A stretch of DNA of 64,000 bases, taken from the IMG/VR virus record IMGVR_UViG_3300018962_000001, positions 140,686 through 204,685 of that record. One strand, 5' to 3'. Of the stretch, positions 1-9,069 are shown piece after piece (the first letter of the stretch is position 1; each line of letters opens with the position of its first letter). The translations under genes and the position numbers were made by a program. The notes beneath the pieces were generated by a model. That model did not search any database. It saw nothing but the letters and a program-made list of their open reading frames with translations, and was not told the origin of the DNA.

Positions 1-473
1 TGGCTAATCCAGAAACAGCGGAGCCAGTGCCCAACCGAGGCTGAAAAGGCAGCGACCGCTTCGCGCGTCCCTTGCAACATGGTTGCGTTGGGGACGCGCG
101 ACCACTGCTGAAGCAGCGAAAGGACGCTGGTCTCGGCAGCCGTTCCAGGCACCGTGTTTAAAAAGATCGGTCCTTCCCGCCAATAGCGTTGGGGAACCCC
201 AAAACTCCGCACCAGCGTATCGTCGGGAGTGACGCACACAGAGCCGGTGGTTCCACCTCCATGAATGGCGTCCGCTCCTTGCCACCCATAGGCCGCCCCA
301 GGACTTCCAGCGGCTTCCATGCCGGTTGGAATGACACCGGCTCGGCCCGTCCGCGAATAAATGCGATTCCACCGCAGAACTGTTGGGTTGGGGCGGATAA
401 CCGCCTGGACTCGCGGCGTTTGAATCGCCGCGGAATCGGCGCGGAGAAAGTCGAGACTCAGATCCGTGCGCAC
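1..473 (-). CDS. Partial tail/virion protein running off the left edge (MRTDLSLDFLRADSAAIQTP...)
   Basis: Manual translation: GTG at 473 with AAAGGA RBS, directly after the stop of 478..7185; frame is open to position 1. Not in the ORF track. Confidence 0.7.
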   Translation of the reverse strand, partial: MRTDLSLDFLRADSAAIQTPRVQAVIRPNPTVLRWNRIYSRTGRAGVIPTGMEAAGSPGAAYGWQGADAIHGGGTTGSVCVTPDDTLVRSFGVPQRYWREGPIFLNTVPGTAAETSVLSLLQQWSRVPNATMLQGTREAVAAFSASVGHWLRCFWIS

Positions 474-477
474 ATGC

Positions 478-3400
478 CTATCCTTTCAAGATATACCACC
501 GATGTAAGCAGGCCGTCCCTTCACTGACCGCCAGCATTGCCAGCGGCACCTCGCTCAGAGTCACCGGCCACGGAATCGTTCCGACACTCACCATCCGTTT
601 GCGATTCTGCCAGATTTCGAGTCGTGCCCCCCCAGGCCGCGCCGCCAGCACGACGAGATAGCGGCCTGCCACACGACCGTCGACACTGCCCGCGACTCGT
701 GCTGTCTGGCCGGTTGGATCAGCGGGGTCCACCCCCCATAGGAGAAAGCCCTGCGTTCGCCATTCTAACCAGATCCCGGCGCTGCCAAATCGTCGGTCGC
801 GGGAGCTTGGGAGGGACAATCCGATTTTGCCGGTTGCCGCCCCGCGCACGGCCTGAATCGTTAGATCGGCGACCAACGTGGGCTGGAATCGTGTCCCCGC
901 TGCGCGTTCCCGAATCGACGTACTTGCGAGGTGCGAGCCGTTCCCCGTCAAGACGATTCCAACATCCGGCTCATGGTCCACAACCCCCTGGATCGTATAC
1001 AGCGGAGCAGGCAGATCGCTATAGGCGAACGCCCCCGTGGCTGATCGCCAAAAGACATCGGCCAGGGCTACGTCATGGCGGACGCGCCAGGTCGTTTGAT
1101 ACTGATCGGTTCCGCGCGCATAGTGTCCCCGAACGCTGTGTGCGCGCAGCTCCGGCGTTTCGACCGCCACGCGCGTCCCATCCAGTAAAATCATGGGAAG
1201 AACGCCTGGGAGGGCCAGGAGACGCGGAAGGACTGCCGCCGTCGCCGCATCCGGCGGATAGGGTTCAACGGTCAGCGTTGTCAGATGGACGGCGCTCCGT
1301 TGGGCCACCGTTCGGCCACTCGTGGTTTCGGTAGCCTGAACCATGCCGCCACCAAAGCCGCGCTCAATCGTCCCTGCGCGGGTGTATAACGCCACCCCGC
1401 CCAGGAACAGCATATTCCTGGGCACCTCCGACTCTGCCGGAAGGGTGGCTCCCGGTACCGGCGGCGACCACGGCGAGGGGCCACTTGGCCCCACGGTACG
1501 AATCTGGTACCAGTACACACTTCCGCGTGGGAGGGGAACGTGATCCCACTGATAGGTGCGCTGCGTCGGATCGATCGGCAGCTGCGCGACGGGAGTCCAC
1601 GTCAGCGCAGCTAAGGCATACGCGATTTCAAACCGCTGGGCAGTCGGGCTTGCCTGGGGATCGAAGGTCCAGTGGACTCGAATCCGATCAGCAAAGCCGC
1701 TCTCCGTCCGTACCGACTCCGGCGGCGGCGGCAGGACCGGCAAGGAGCCACTGACAAAGGACGACCACGGAGACACGCGCATGCCACTGACGGCGCGAAC
1801 CGCATACGTCACAACGGTTCCGGGAGGCACCTGCGGATGCACCAACATCGGATGCGTCGCAGGCACGGATGGGAAACGGTACCACTGGCGGCGGTCAATG
1901 GTCCAGATCAGCTCATTACTTTCTACCAGCGGCGTTGGATTGGTCCACTGGACCACGAGATCCGGTGCTTGCGGAATTACCACTAGATCAACGGGAGCTG
2001 CGAGCGACACTTCTTCGTGCCGGACGAGCGCGGCATGCTGGGTGGGGCGTCGCCCCGCTGCTCCGAGCAACATCGGCACCATGCGCAGGAGGACATGGTT
2101 TCCAGGGCGTCGTGGAATCACCGCCCCACCCTGGGCCAGAGTATGCAGGAAATCAAGTCCGGCGACAGCGGGGTGGCGATTCCACCCCGGACTTCCGCCC
2201 AATGGATGCCGCAGACCACTGATCGTTGCCGCCGCTCCTGCCATTCGCACGGGCATGGCTCCCCCAAGCGGATGGTGGCGATCGAAGGCGGCGGTGGGTG
2301 CGCGGGGTGCGGCTGGGACCGATCCGCGTAGACTCACCTGGACCTGAAGCAGTGCGGCCCCGCCCTTCGCGGCTGCATGCTGGTGCCCCTGGATCGCGTG
2401 GCCGACTCGCACGGAGGCCGCCCCGGTAGGCCGGTGGCCGAAACTCGTCCCTTGGAGTGACGCGGCGGGAATCGCGGGCGTGCTACTCAGGAGCGCCACG
2501 GGCCGGACACGGCGGGCCGCCGCTGCCGCCCATAAGGTCGTCACTCCCCCACCCCAGGTAAGGCCACCCTGGATCGGGACGATCGCGGTCCCGTCCCGGC
2601 GACCCACGGTGCGCCGCAGGAGCCGCCCCTGGAGTCCCATACTGGCAGGAACCATACGGCGCAGGAGGGTACGGCGCAGGAGGGTTGTTCCCGGTGCTCC
2701 TGGGAGTGTAGGAAGGGCTACCGTGCGCCACTTCTGGCGATGAACGGCCAGGGCTGCTAGAATCGAGTGTGTGCCCGTGCGTTGGAGCACCACGCGCCGG
2801 AGCACACTTCCCTCCACGCCCACCGTTGCTGCCACACCGCGCGCACGCCCCGTTCGCCACCCCACGGTGATGAGCAGCGCCGCCCCGGCCTGCTGGAACC
2901 GAGCACGGCCCACACGGTATCCCAGGCTGGTCGTATTCGGGGTGGTCGCCGCAACAGCCCGCGGGACCGCCACACGGATCGTCAGATCCGTGGCGGCGCG
3001 ACTCCGGCTCAAACTCGCCCCGGTAATGGCATGGGTCGTCATGAGGGCATTCACGTTATCGTAGGCGAGGGTATTCGGGGCACTTAGCGCTCCACCCGTA
3101 CTGACATACGAATCGAATCGCACTCTGGTCGTGGCAAGCTGGCCCGCCGTGTAGAATCCTTGCCAGGCCAGATTCCATCCTGGCGGGTTCGTCCAGGTCG
3201 TGCCATCCGGCGAGAACTCAGCATAGATCGTCCCGCCGGTTTCCCGAATTCGTGCCCAGCGATTAGCATTCAAGTCAAGCGGTGCGGAGGCAATCGTGGT
3301 ATCCACGCCTGCCACACGCCGCTCAAAACTTAATGTCGCCCCAATGATTCGGATCTGAATCCAATGGCTTGAGTCAAAGCGGAGCGTGATTTGGTTGCGT

Positions 3401-6400
3401 TGCCGACTATCCAGCGTGCCGAAGTCCGTAAATTGCCAGTGCAACCCGGATTCGGTGAGATCATAGGTCCCAGCACTCTGAAGCACCGGGAAAATGCCCG
3501 GCGCACTGGTATCAAACGCGATCTGGAGCACTTCCTGCTGGGTAATGGTCGCCCCCATCGCTGCCGTCATCGCCCAGCGGGTGGAATCGATCGTCGTCCC
3601 GGTAAAGCGATCGACCAGATCACTCAATCGCCGAGATTCGAGTCGTCCTCCAAGACTAAAGGCCGTTTCCGACGCCTGGAGGTGCCCACTCACGCCAAAG
3701 CTCAGATCCTGAAGTGCCCGCAGCTGGCCGCTCACCAGAAATGACGCATCCAGTTGTTGCAGGAGCGCGGCCTTGATTTCGACCGCATGGAGCACCCAGT
3801 AGGTTGCGGCAGCAAAGGTGCCATCCAGAGTCACCTGCCCTGGCACCGGAACATCCGCGTACTCAATCGACACACTGGAGTTTGCGGATGCCGAGCTGGC
3901 TCCGGCGCGATGATTCAGGCGCAGGGGACTTTCGCCCTCACCCACGGCGAAGGTCGCATCCCGTGTCCCAACAATGGCAAGCGCACGCGCCTGGGCCGAG
4001 GTCGTCGATAACGCCACACTTGGCGTGGTTTCTTGGGCCGTATCCTTCGTCGTCACGGGAACGCCGAATGCGCCACTCCCGCCGCTTCCCGTCGTGGCCG
4101 CATTGGTAAGCGGGACTGCGAGAATAACCGCCGAGTCGGACACCGCACTGAGGGTGGCAGTGGTTGGCCCGGTGGTTGGCGCAGCGCCAATACCACGAAA
4201 CACGGCGAGCTGCGATCGTCCGCCACCATCAAAATCGTGAGTGATCCGAGTCCAGGTGATTCCATTCCCGGCCACCGAGTCGATCGTGAGGGGGACTTGC
4301 CGCCGCGCAACCACGGCGACCAGAATGGGCGTATTCGACGGCGGGGACCAGGTGCTCGTGGCGACCGTTTGCGCGGCAAGCGCTGATCCCACCACCTCGG
4401 TGCCGAATCCCAGCGGCGCAATCTGTGGCGGAGCTTGCAGCTTTGCTCCCACGCTGAAGCTGCACTCTCGTTCCTCAACGGTCATGATCGCAGGTTGAAT
4501 CACCAGAACCGAGGCCGCCGCCGCCGCCGCATACGTGAACCCCGATGTTTTCACGCCACTGGGGGAAAGAGCACTGAGGTGTTGTGATGCGGTGGCGAAG
4601 CTGATTTGGACGCCGGAGGTTTTTCCCTGTGCCTGGATCGTCATCTCGCCTGGTGGGGTGATCGTATTCAGCGCGCCAATGGAGGAAACAAAAAGCAATA
4701 AGAGTCCATCGGCGACATCTGGTTGGAGTGACGGAGCAAGGATCTGGGATTCGGTCGACAGATTGGTTGAGCCATCGATCACATTGACCAGGCTGGAACG
4801 GTCCACATTGTTGAGGGTATAGATCGTTCCCCCACTCGGGACCGCTTCTTCAAGGGTAAAGGTAAACGGCTGCGCTCCACCCGCCGGGGCGTAGCGTCCA
4901 AACACCGCGTCGGCGACCGAATAGTCTTTGTTGGTTCGGATCAGGAGACTCCACCCTTCGGGCGGCGTAATCTCCACGCGCGGTAACGTCCCTGTATTAC
5001 GAATGGCAACATGCGCAATCAGCGCCTGATCCGCGAGGGTCTGTGCCACGCTCGTGAGCGTGATCGTCCCCGCAGCGGCTTGGGGTGGCGTGACGCCCAC
5101 CCCGACAATCGAGATCGGCTTCGATTGCACACGCTGTCCAACGTGCAGCATGCCGCCAAGCGGAACCAGGAGCGAATGTTCGCCCGTGGTCGTGCCTGCT
5201 GCAATTTTGCCCCCTACCGTAAAGGACCGATCCACAACCGTGATCCCGGCACTCGCTGCTAAGACCGAGATCGATCCCAGGAGATAGGAATCATCGGCTT
5301 GTTTTCCGTTCTGAGCGAGCCGGAGATTCGGGGCTTTGCCCGCCTGATCCACGATGACCACATGCAGGTTATACGATCCAGCGGGAACCGTGAGCGGTAT
5401 ATTGATGGTATCAAGGACGGTCACCGGCGCTTCGCCGGTGGGCAGCAGTTTCGTGAGATCGAGACTCGATGCGGGACTTTGCCACGTGACCGTTCCCGTC
5501 GAGGGATGGCGGAATTGGTAATAGATTAGCCAGCGGAGAAAGCTGCGGCTCACGCCCAGGTTCTTCCACTCGCTGGTGATCGTCGTTTGTTGCCCTGCAC
5601 GAATCGTGGTCCCTCGGATGCCAGTCATCGCATAGCGATACCCCGACGTGGACATACAGAGGATAAAGTTCTGCTGTTCTTCAAGCGTTAAGTTGCTATA
5701 TGCCTGTGAGATGTTGCCATTCATCACCGAATCGACGCCGTAATAGCGGATGTGATCGAGGGTCAGGGCATAGTTCTCGCTGCCTCGGTACCATTCCCCG
5801 GTAAACGGCGCATCATAGATCTGGGTCCGCAGCAGTGCCCATAGGGTACGACTCGCCCCCATTTTGCGGCGGAGGTCAAAATGCTCGATCTTGCCGAGGC
5901 TTTCGCGTCGCGCGCCGACCCAGGGATAGGTCGATCGGGCATATTCGTAGGAATAGGTGTCATCGGTCATGATGTACACAAACGTGTTTGGAAACATCGC
6001 CACCAGTTGATCGATGACATATTGCTTGGTCGCGTTCGTTGCAAAATACGGGGCGTTGCCCGGAAGATACCCCTCCCCAAATTGTCCATACCAGAACAGA
6101 TCGATCGCCTCGAAGTTCACATTCTTATCGTAGCGAGTCGCAATCGCTTGAAAGCAAGCGAGCAACCGTTCCAAGAAGTAGGCATGATTCCAGTTCGGAC
6201 ACCACAGGTCGCCGAGCCACGCGCCATACGGGGAAACCGTGAGGTAGCCGGGCACTTTTGATCCGGTATAACCGCCCCCACCCATCGGGTTTAACCCAAA
6301 CTGGAAACGTCGCCCTTTCTGGGTTGCCCACCCGACCCAGGTATCCAGCGAGGACCAGTCATACACGCCCTGGCTGGTTTCAAAGTCATTCCAGAACCGC

Positions 6401-7185
6401 CGTCGATACGAGACGCGCCCCGGCATCGCAACGACCTGCGAACTAAACCATTCAACCGAGCCACGCATGGGATTGGGAATCTCATTGGCGGCAACCGTGG
6501 AATACGGGATCAGGGTGGGAGTAAACTGAAATGCGGGGGACGGCGGAACCGTGCCGGGCGCGAGCCGCAGGACAACCATTTGCCCGATATTGGTCGCCGC
6601 CGCCGCCGCCGAGGCGGTTAAGGAGGCAATCGTGCTGGCATTCAGGATCGTGCGATCGGCGACGGAGACGGTCAGGCTTAGGTTGGCGGCACGTGCTTGG
6701 GGAGTCCAGGTAGTCGGATCGGTGATCGTGGTTCCCGCAGCGGTCGCCGTAAAGACGAGGACATGGACATCCGCCACCTGGGGGAGCGTAACCCCAGGAA
6801 TCGCGATCCCCGTGCTGGTACTGGTAAAGACGCCGGTGGAGTCGAGGACGGGAGCGGTCGGATCGAGTCCACCCAGACAGGCAATGGCACCCGCAGCTTG
6901 GTACTTGGTGTCAAAGGTTGCAAGATGATAGCGTGGCTCAGTCGCCGTCACCTTACGGATATACAGCGCCGAGGCGATCGTCGATCCCGACTGCGTACGT
7001 CGGATGGGCGTCCAGTTGGGCAGCGTGATCGTCACCGTGGCACTGGTGACCGCGATCTGCGCGATCAGCCATTCGCCGGGCACGGCATTATACGGAGTCA
7101 CGAGGAGGAGAAAGTCGGCGAGCGCCGCTCCCCCACTCGTCGTTCCGTTGTGATCGGCGAGAATGCCGCGCCGGACAATTGGCAT
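478..7185 (-). CDS. 2235 aa multidomain virion fibre/receptor-binding protein with a GH-type TIM barrel plus DUF4832-like domain, a ConA-like domain and two FN3-like domains
   Basis: NPMRG / W..FETSQGVYDWSSLD / GYR..KNLG motifs resemble GH42-like/DUF4832 proteins; C-terminal W..P..Y..R.V..SPWS FN3 patterns; located downstream of the tape measure gene. Confidence 0.7.
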   Translation of the reverse strand: MPIVRRGILADHNGTTSGGAALADFLLLVTPYNAVPGEWLIAQIAVTSATVTITLPNWTPIRRTQSGSTIASALYIRKVTATEPRYHLATFDTKYQAAGAIACLGGLDPTAPVLDSTGVFTSTSTGIAIPGVTLPQVADVHVLVFTATAAGTTITDPTTWTPQARAANLSLTVSVADRTILNASTIASLTASAAAAATNIGQMVVLRLAPGTVPPSPAFQFTPTLIPYSTVAANEIPNPMRGSVEWFSSQVVAMPGRVSYRRRFWNDFETSQGVYDWSSLDTWVGWATQKGRRFQFGLNPMGGGGYTGSKVPGYLTVSPYGAWLGDLWCPNWNHAYFLERLLACFQAIATRYDKNVNFEAIDLFWYGQFGEGYLPGNAPYFATNATKQYVIDQLVAMFPNTFVYIMTDDTYSYEYARSTYPWVGARRESLGKIEHFDLRRKMGASRTLWALLRTQIYDAPFTGEWYRGSENYALTLDHIRYYGVDSVMNGNISQAYSNLTLEEQQNFILCMSTSGYRYAMTGIRGTTIRAGQQTTITSEWKNLGVSRSFLRWLIYYQFRHPSTGTVTWQSPASSLDLTKLLPTGEAPVTVLDTINIPLTVPAGSYNLHVVIVDQAGKAPNLRLAQNGKQADDSYLLGSISVLAASAGITVVDRSFTVGGKIAAGTTTGEHSLLVPLGGMLHVGQRVQSKPISIVGVGVTPPQAAAGTITLTSVAQTLADQALIAHVAIRNTGTLPRVEITPPEGWSLLIRTNKDYSVADAVFGRYAPAGGAQPFTFTLEEAVPSGGTIYTLNNVDRSSLVNVIDGSTNLSTESQILAPSLQPDVADGLLLLFVSSIGALNTITPPGEMTIQAQGKTSGVQISFATASQHLSALSPSGVKTSGFTYAAAAAASVLVIQPAIMTVEERECSFSVGAKLQAPPQIAPLGFGTEVVGSALAAQTVATSTWSPPSNTPILVAVVARRQVPLTIDSVAGNGITWTRITHDFDGGGRSQLAVFRGIGAAPTTGPTTATLSAVSDSAVILAVPLTNAATTGSGGSGAFGVPVTTKDTAQETTPSVALSTTSAQARALAIVGTRDATFAVGEGESPLRLNHRAGASSASANSSVSIEYADVPVPGQVTLDGTFAAATYWVLHAVEIKAALLQQLDASFLVSGQLRALQDLSFGVSGHLQASETAFSLGGRLESRRLSDLVDRFTGTTIDSTRWAMTAAMGATITQQEVLQIAFDTSAPGIFPVLQSAGTYDLTESGLHWQFTDFGTLDSRQRNQITLRFDSSHWIQIRIIGATLSFERRVAGVDTTIASAPLDLNANRWARIRETGGTIYAEFSPDGTTWTNPPGWNLAWQGFYTAGQLATTRVRFDSYVSTGGALSAPNTLAYDNVNALMTTHAITGASLSRSRAATDLTIRVAVPRAVAATTPNTTSLGYRVGRARFQQAGAALLITVGWRTGRARGVAATVGVEGSVLRRVVLQRTGTHSILAALAVHRQKWRTVALPTLPGAPGTTLLRRTLLRRMVPASMGLQGRLLRRTVGRRDGTAIVPIQGGLTWGGGVTTLWAAAAARRVRPVALLSSTPAIPAASLQGTSFGHRPTGAASVRVGHAIQGHQHAAAKGGAALLQVQVSLRGSVPAAPRAPTAAFDRHHPLGGAMPVRMAGAAATISGLRHPLGGSPGWNRHPAVAGLDFLHTLAQGGAVIPRRPGNHVLLRMVPMLLGAAGRRPTQHAALVRHEEVSLAAPVDLVVIPQAPDLVVQWTNPTPLVESNELIWTIDRRQWYRFPSVPATHPMLVHPQVPPGTVVTYAVRAVSGMRVSPWSSFVSGSLPVLPPPPESVRTESGFADRIRVHWTFDPQASPTAQRFEIAYALAALTWTPVAQLPIDPTQRTYQWDHVPLPRGSVYWYQIRTVGPSGPSPWSPPVPGATLPAESEVPRNMLFLGGVALYTRAGTIERGFGGGMVQATETTSGRTVAQRSAVHLTTLTVEPYPPDAATAAVLPRLLALPGVLPMILLDGTRVAVETPELRAHSVRGHYARGTDQYQTTWRVRHDVALADVFWRSATGAFAYSDLPAPLYTIQGVVDHEPDVGIVLTGNGSHLASTSIRERAAGTRFQPTLVADLTIQAVRGAATGKIGLSLPSSRDRRFGSAGIWLEWRTQGFLLWGVDPADPTGQTARVAGSVDGRVAGRYLVVLAARPGGARLEIWQNRKRMVSVGTIPWPVTLSEVPLAMLAVSEGTACLHRWYILKG

Positions 7186-7187
7186 GC

Positions 7188-7586
7188 CTATGCTTCTCCG
7201 GTCGTCAGTTTCAGATCACCGTTCGGATAGATGTACAGACGCACCGCGCGGACGCTGGTGATCTCAAGCTTGTCCGCAACGAGGCTCTGGGTCACCGTTC
7301 CCTGCATCACCTGGAGACTTTTCTCAACCACCCATGTTTTCGCCCAGCGTTCGTCAGCCGCCACCTCCAGGATGATCCGGCGGTGCGTTAAGTAGATGGG
7401 GGTGAGCACGATACGTCGCAGGGCCGACTCGCGCACCACGTCGATCGATTGTTCAACCCATCGATCGTGCTCCCAGCGATATTGGGAAATCGTGGTCCCA
7501 TCCACCAGATCCGCGTTCCAGATGTACCCCCCGCGGAGATTCTCGACGCCCACCTGAGCCACCAGATCGACAACCGATAGATCCAT
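7188..7586 (-). CDS. Hypothetical tail-module protein, 132 aa
   Basis: GGAGG RBS; tightly packed in the tail operon. Confidence 0.75.
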   Translation of the reverse strand: MDLSVVDLVAQVGVENLRGGYIWNADLVDGTTISQYRWEHDRWVEQSIDVVRESALRRIVLTPIYLTHRRIILEVAADERWAKTWVVEKSLQVMQGTVTQSLVADKLEITSVRAVRLYIYPNGDLKLTTGEA

Positions 7587-7595
7587 CCAGCCTCC

Positions 7596-8102
7596 TTAGG
7601 TTTCGTCATACCGATACGTCAGCGTATAGTTTGGAAGCACCCCGGCGGCGGCGGCGGCGGTCACGCCCATTTGCGCATGCACATAATCTTGTGTGCCAAC
7701 GCCGGTGCTGGCACTCAGCACCGTCCCCGCATTCACCACAAGGGGACTGGCGGCGGTATAGGAGGCCGCACTGACTCCATTGGAAATCCGCGTGGTTTCT
7801 TCCGCCGCATTGGGCTGGCTATAGGTCGAAGTTGTGCGGAGATACAAGGTTACGCCGGTTGCCCAAGCCCCTGATCCAAACAGCCGCAGATTGCTAATGC
7901 TGCCACTTGGCGCGGTGGTCGCTTCCATCTTAAAATACTTCGACCAGGAAAAGACCTCCCCCTGTCCCGGTATCTGCACGGGAACCGTTGCGACATCGGT
8001 GGTCGGATCACTATCACCTTTATGAAACCGCCCACCAGCAGCCAGCGCGGTCCCTGCCGCCACCGCACCGTGATAGGAAAGTGCCCGCGTGGTTGCTGGC
8101 AT
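7596..8102 (-). CDS. Putative virion structural protein, 168 aa
   Basis: AGGAG RBS; Thr/Ala/Gly-rich beta-type composition; operon position. Confidence 0.7.
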   Translation of the reverse strand: MPATTRALSYHGAVAAGTALAAGGRFHKGDSDPTTDVATVPVQIPGQGEVFSWSKYFKMEATTAPSGSISNLRLFGSGAWATGVTLYLRTTSTYSQPNAAEETTRISNGVSAASYTAASPLVVNAGTVLSASTGVGTQDYVHAQMGVTAAAAAGVLPNYTLTYRYDET

Positions 8103-8113
8103 GGAGAGCCTCC

Positions 8114-8743
8114 TTAGCCTTCATAGAGCGCCAGTGCGCCGGGGGCAATCGACGGCGCACTATCGCCCGCGTTGATCGTGCGTGGCAAGCCCAGCAGCAC
8201 GCCTGCGGAGTCCGTGTGCCCGGTTGCTCCAGCACCGCGCGTCACGGTCCACACGGTGGTTCCTTGCCCGGCGGTCACCGTCAGTTGCTCATCGTCGATC
8301 GTGATGGTATAGCTCCCGGAGGTGGGAAAGCCACTCGCAGACGCGACGGTGATCGTCGTCGCCACGGCAGTGATTGCGCCGACCAACAAGGTGTACGCGC
8401 CGACCGGACCACCTTCCCAATAATTGCCCCCCACCGCCGCATCCCAGATTCCAAAGAAGGCCACCGTTCCCCAGTTCGCGCCGGTCGGCACCGGAAACGT
8501 AATGGCATTCACATTCGTAATGCGCTGCACCTCATTCCCCACGGCAACGGGCGCAAACCACGAGGCATCGCCAACCGGCACCGCCACGCGGGCATAGCCT
8601 CCTCCGGACACCTCATTCGCGCCGGTATCTCCTGGATCGCCGGTATGGAGGGATACATACACGGTGGTTGGTTTTGCCAGGGTGGCCGATCGGTAGCGAT
8701 GATTCAGGAGGGCTGCCTCCAAGTAGTTCGACTTTCCAGCCAT
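8114..8743 (-). CDS. Phage minor tail / tail-fibre-associated protein, 209 aa
   Basis: N-terminal SNYLEAALLNH...VYVSLHTGDPGDTGANEVSGGGYAR motif, typical of a widespread phage tail protein family. Confidence 0.75.
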   Translation of the reverse strand: MAGKSNYLEAALLNHRYRSATLAKPTTVYVSLHTGDPGDTGANEVSGGGYARVAVPVGDASWFAPVAVGNEVQRITNVNAITFPVPTGANWGTVAFFGIWDAAVGGNYWEGGPVGAYTLLVGAITAVATTITVASASGFPTSGSYTITIDDEQLTVTAGQGTTVWTVTRGAGATGHTDSAGVLLGLPRTINAGDSAPSIAPGALALYEG

Positions 8744-8748
8744 ACGGC

Positions 8749-9057
8749 TTAGACTCCTTCCATGACAATTTCAAGGATCTCCAGCGTCAGCGTCACCGGG
8801 CGCTGCGGGTCGGGGATCGCAACCGGCGTGATCGCTCCTGCCGGAAGGTGGATTCCAGATGGCAAGGTGATCGGGAGCGGCATGCCACCCATCGCCAGCA
8901 GCAGGGCGGATTCTTGGGCGGGTGTTTCCACCACCACACCGATTTGCCAGCGCCGTGCCGCCTGCCAGATCTGTCCCCCGCCGAGTTGTTGGGTTTCCGA
9001 TCCGGCAACCGTGTAGAACGGGGTCGATCCGAGATAGAATGGGCTTAATAGTACCAT
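8749..9057 (-). CDS. Small protein directly after the tape measure gene (possible distal-tail-like protein)
   Basis: GGAG RBS and position only. Confidence 0.55.
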   Translation of the reverse strand: MVLLSPFYLGSTPFYTVAGSETQQLGGGQIWQAARRWQIGVVVETPAQESALLLAMGGMPLPITLPSGIHLPAGAITPVAIPDPQRPVTLTLEILEIVMEGV

Positions 9058-9069
9058 CCCCTGGACTCC

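Noticed and set aside
4-372. ORF-track 122 aa minus-strand ORF
   Set aside because: A different frame (GTG 473 with RBS, open to the edge) fits the operon better.
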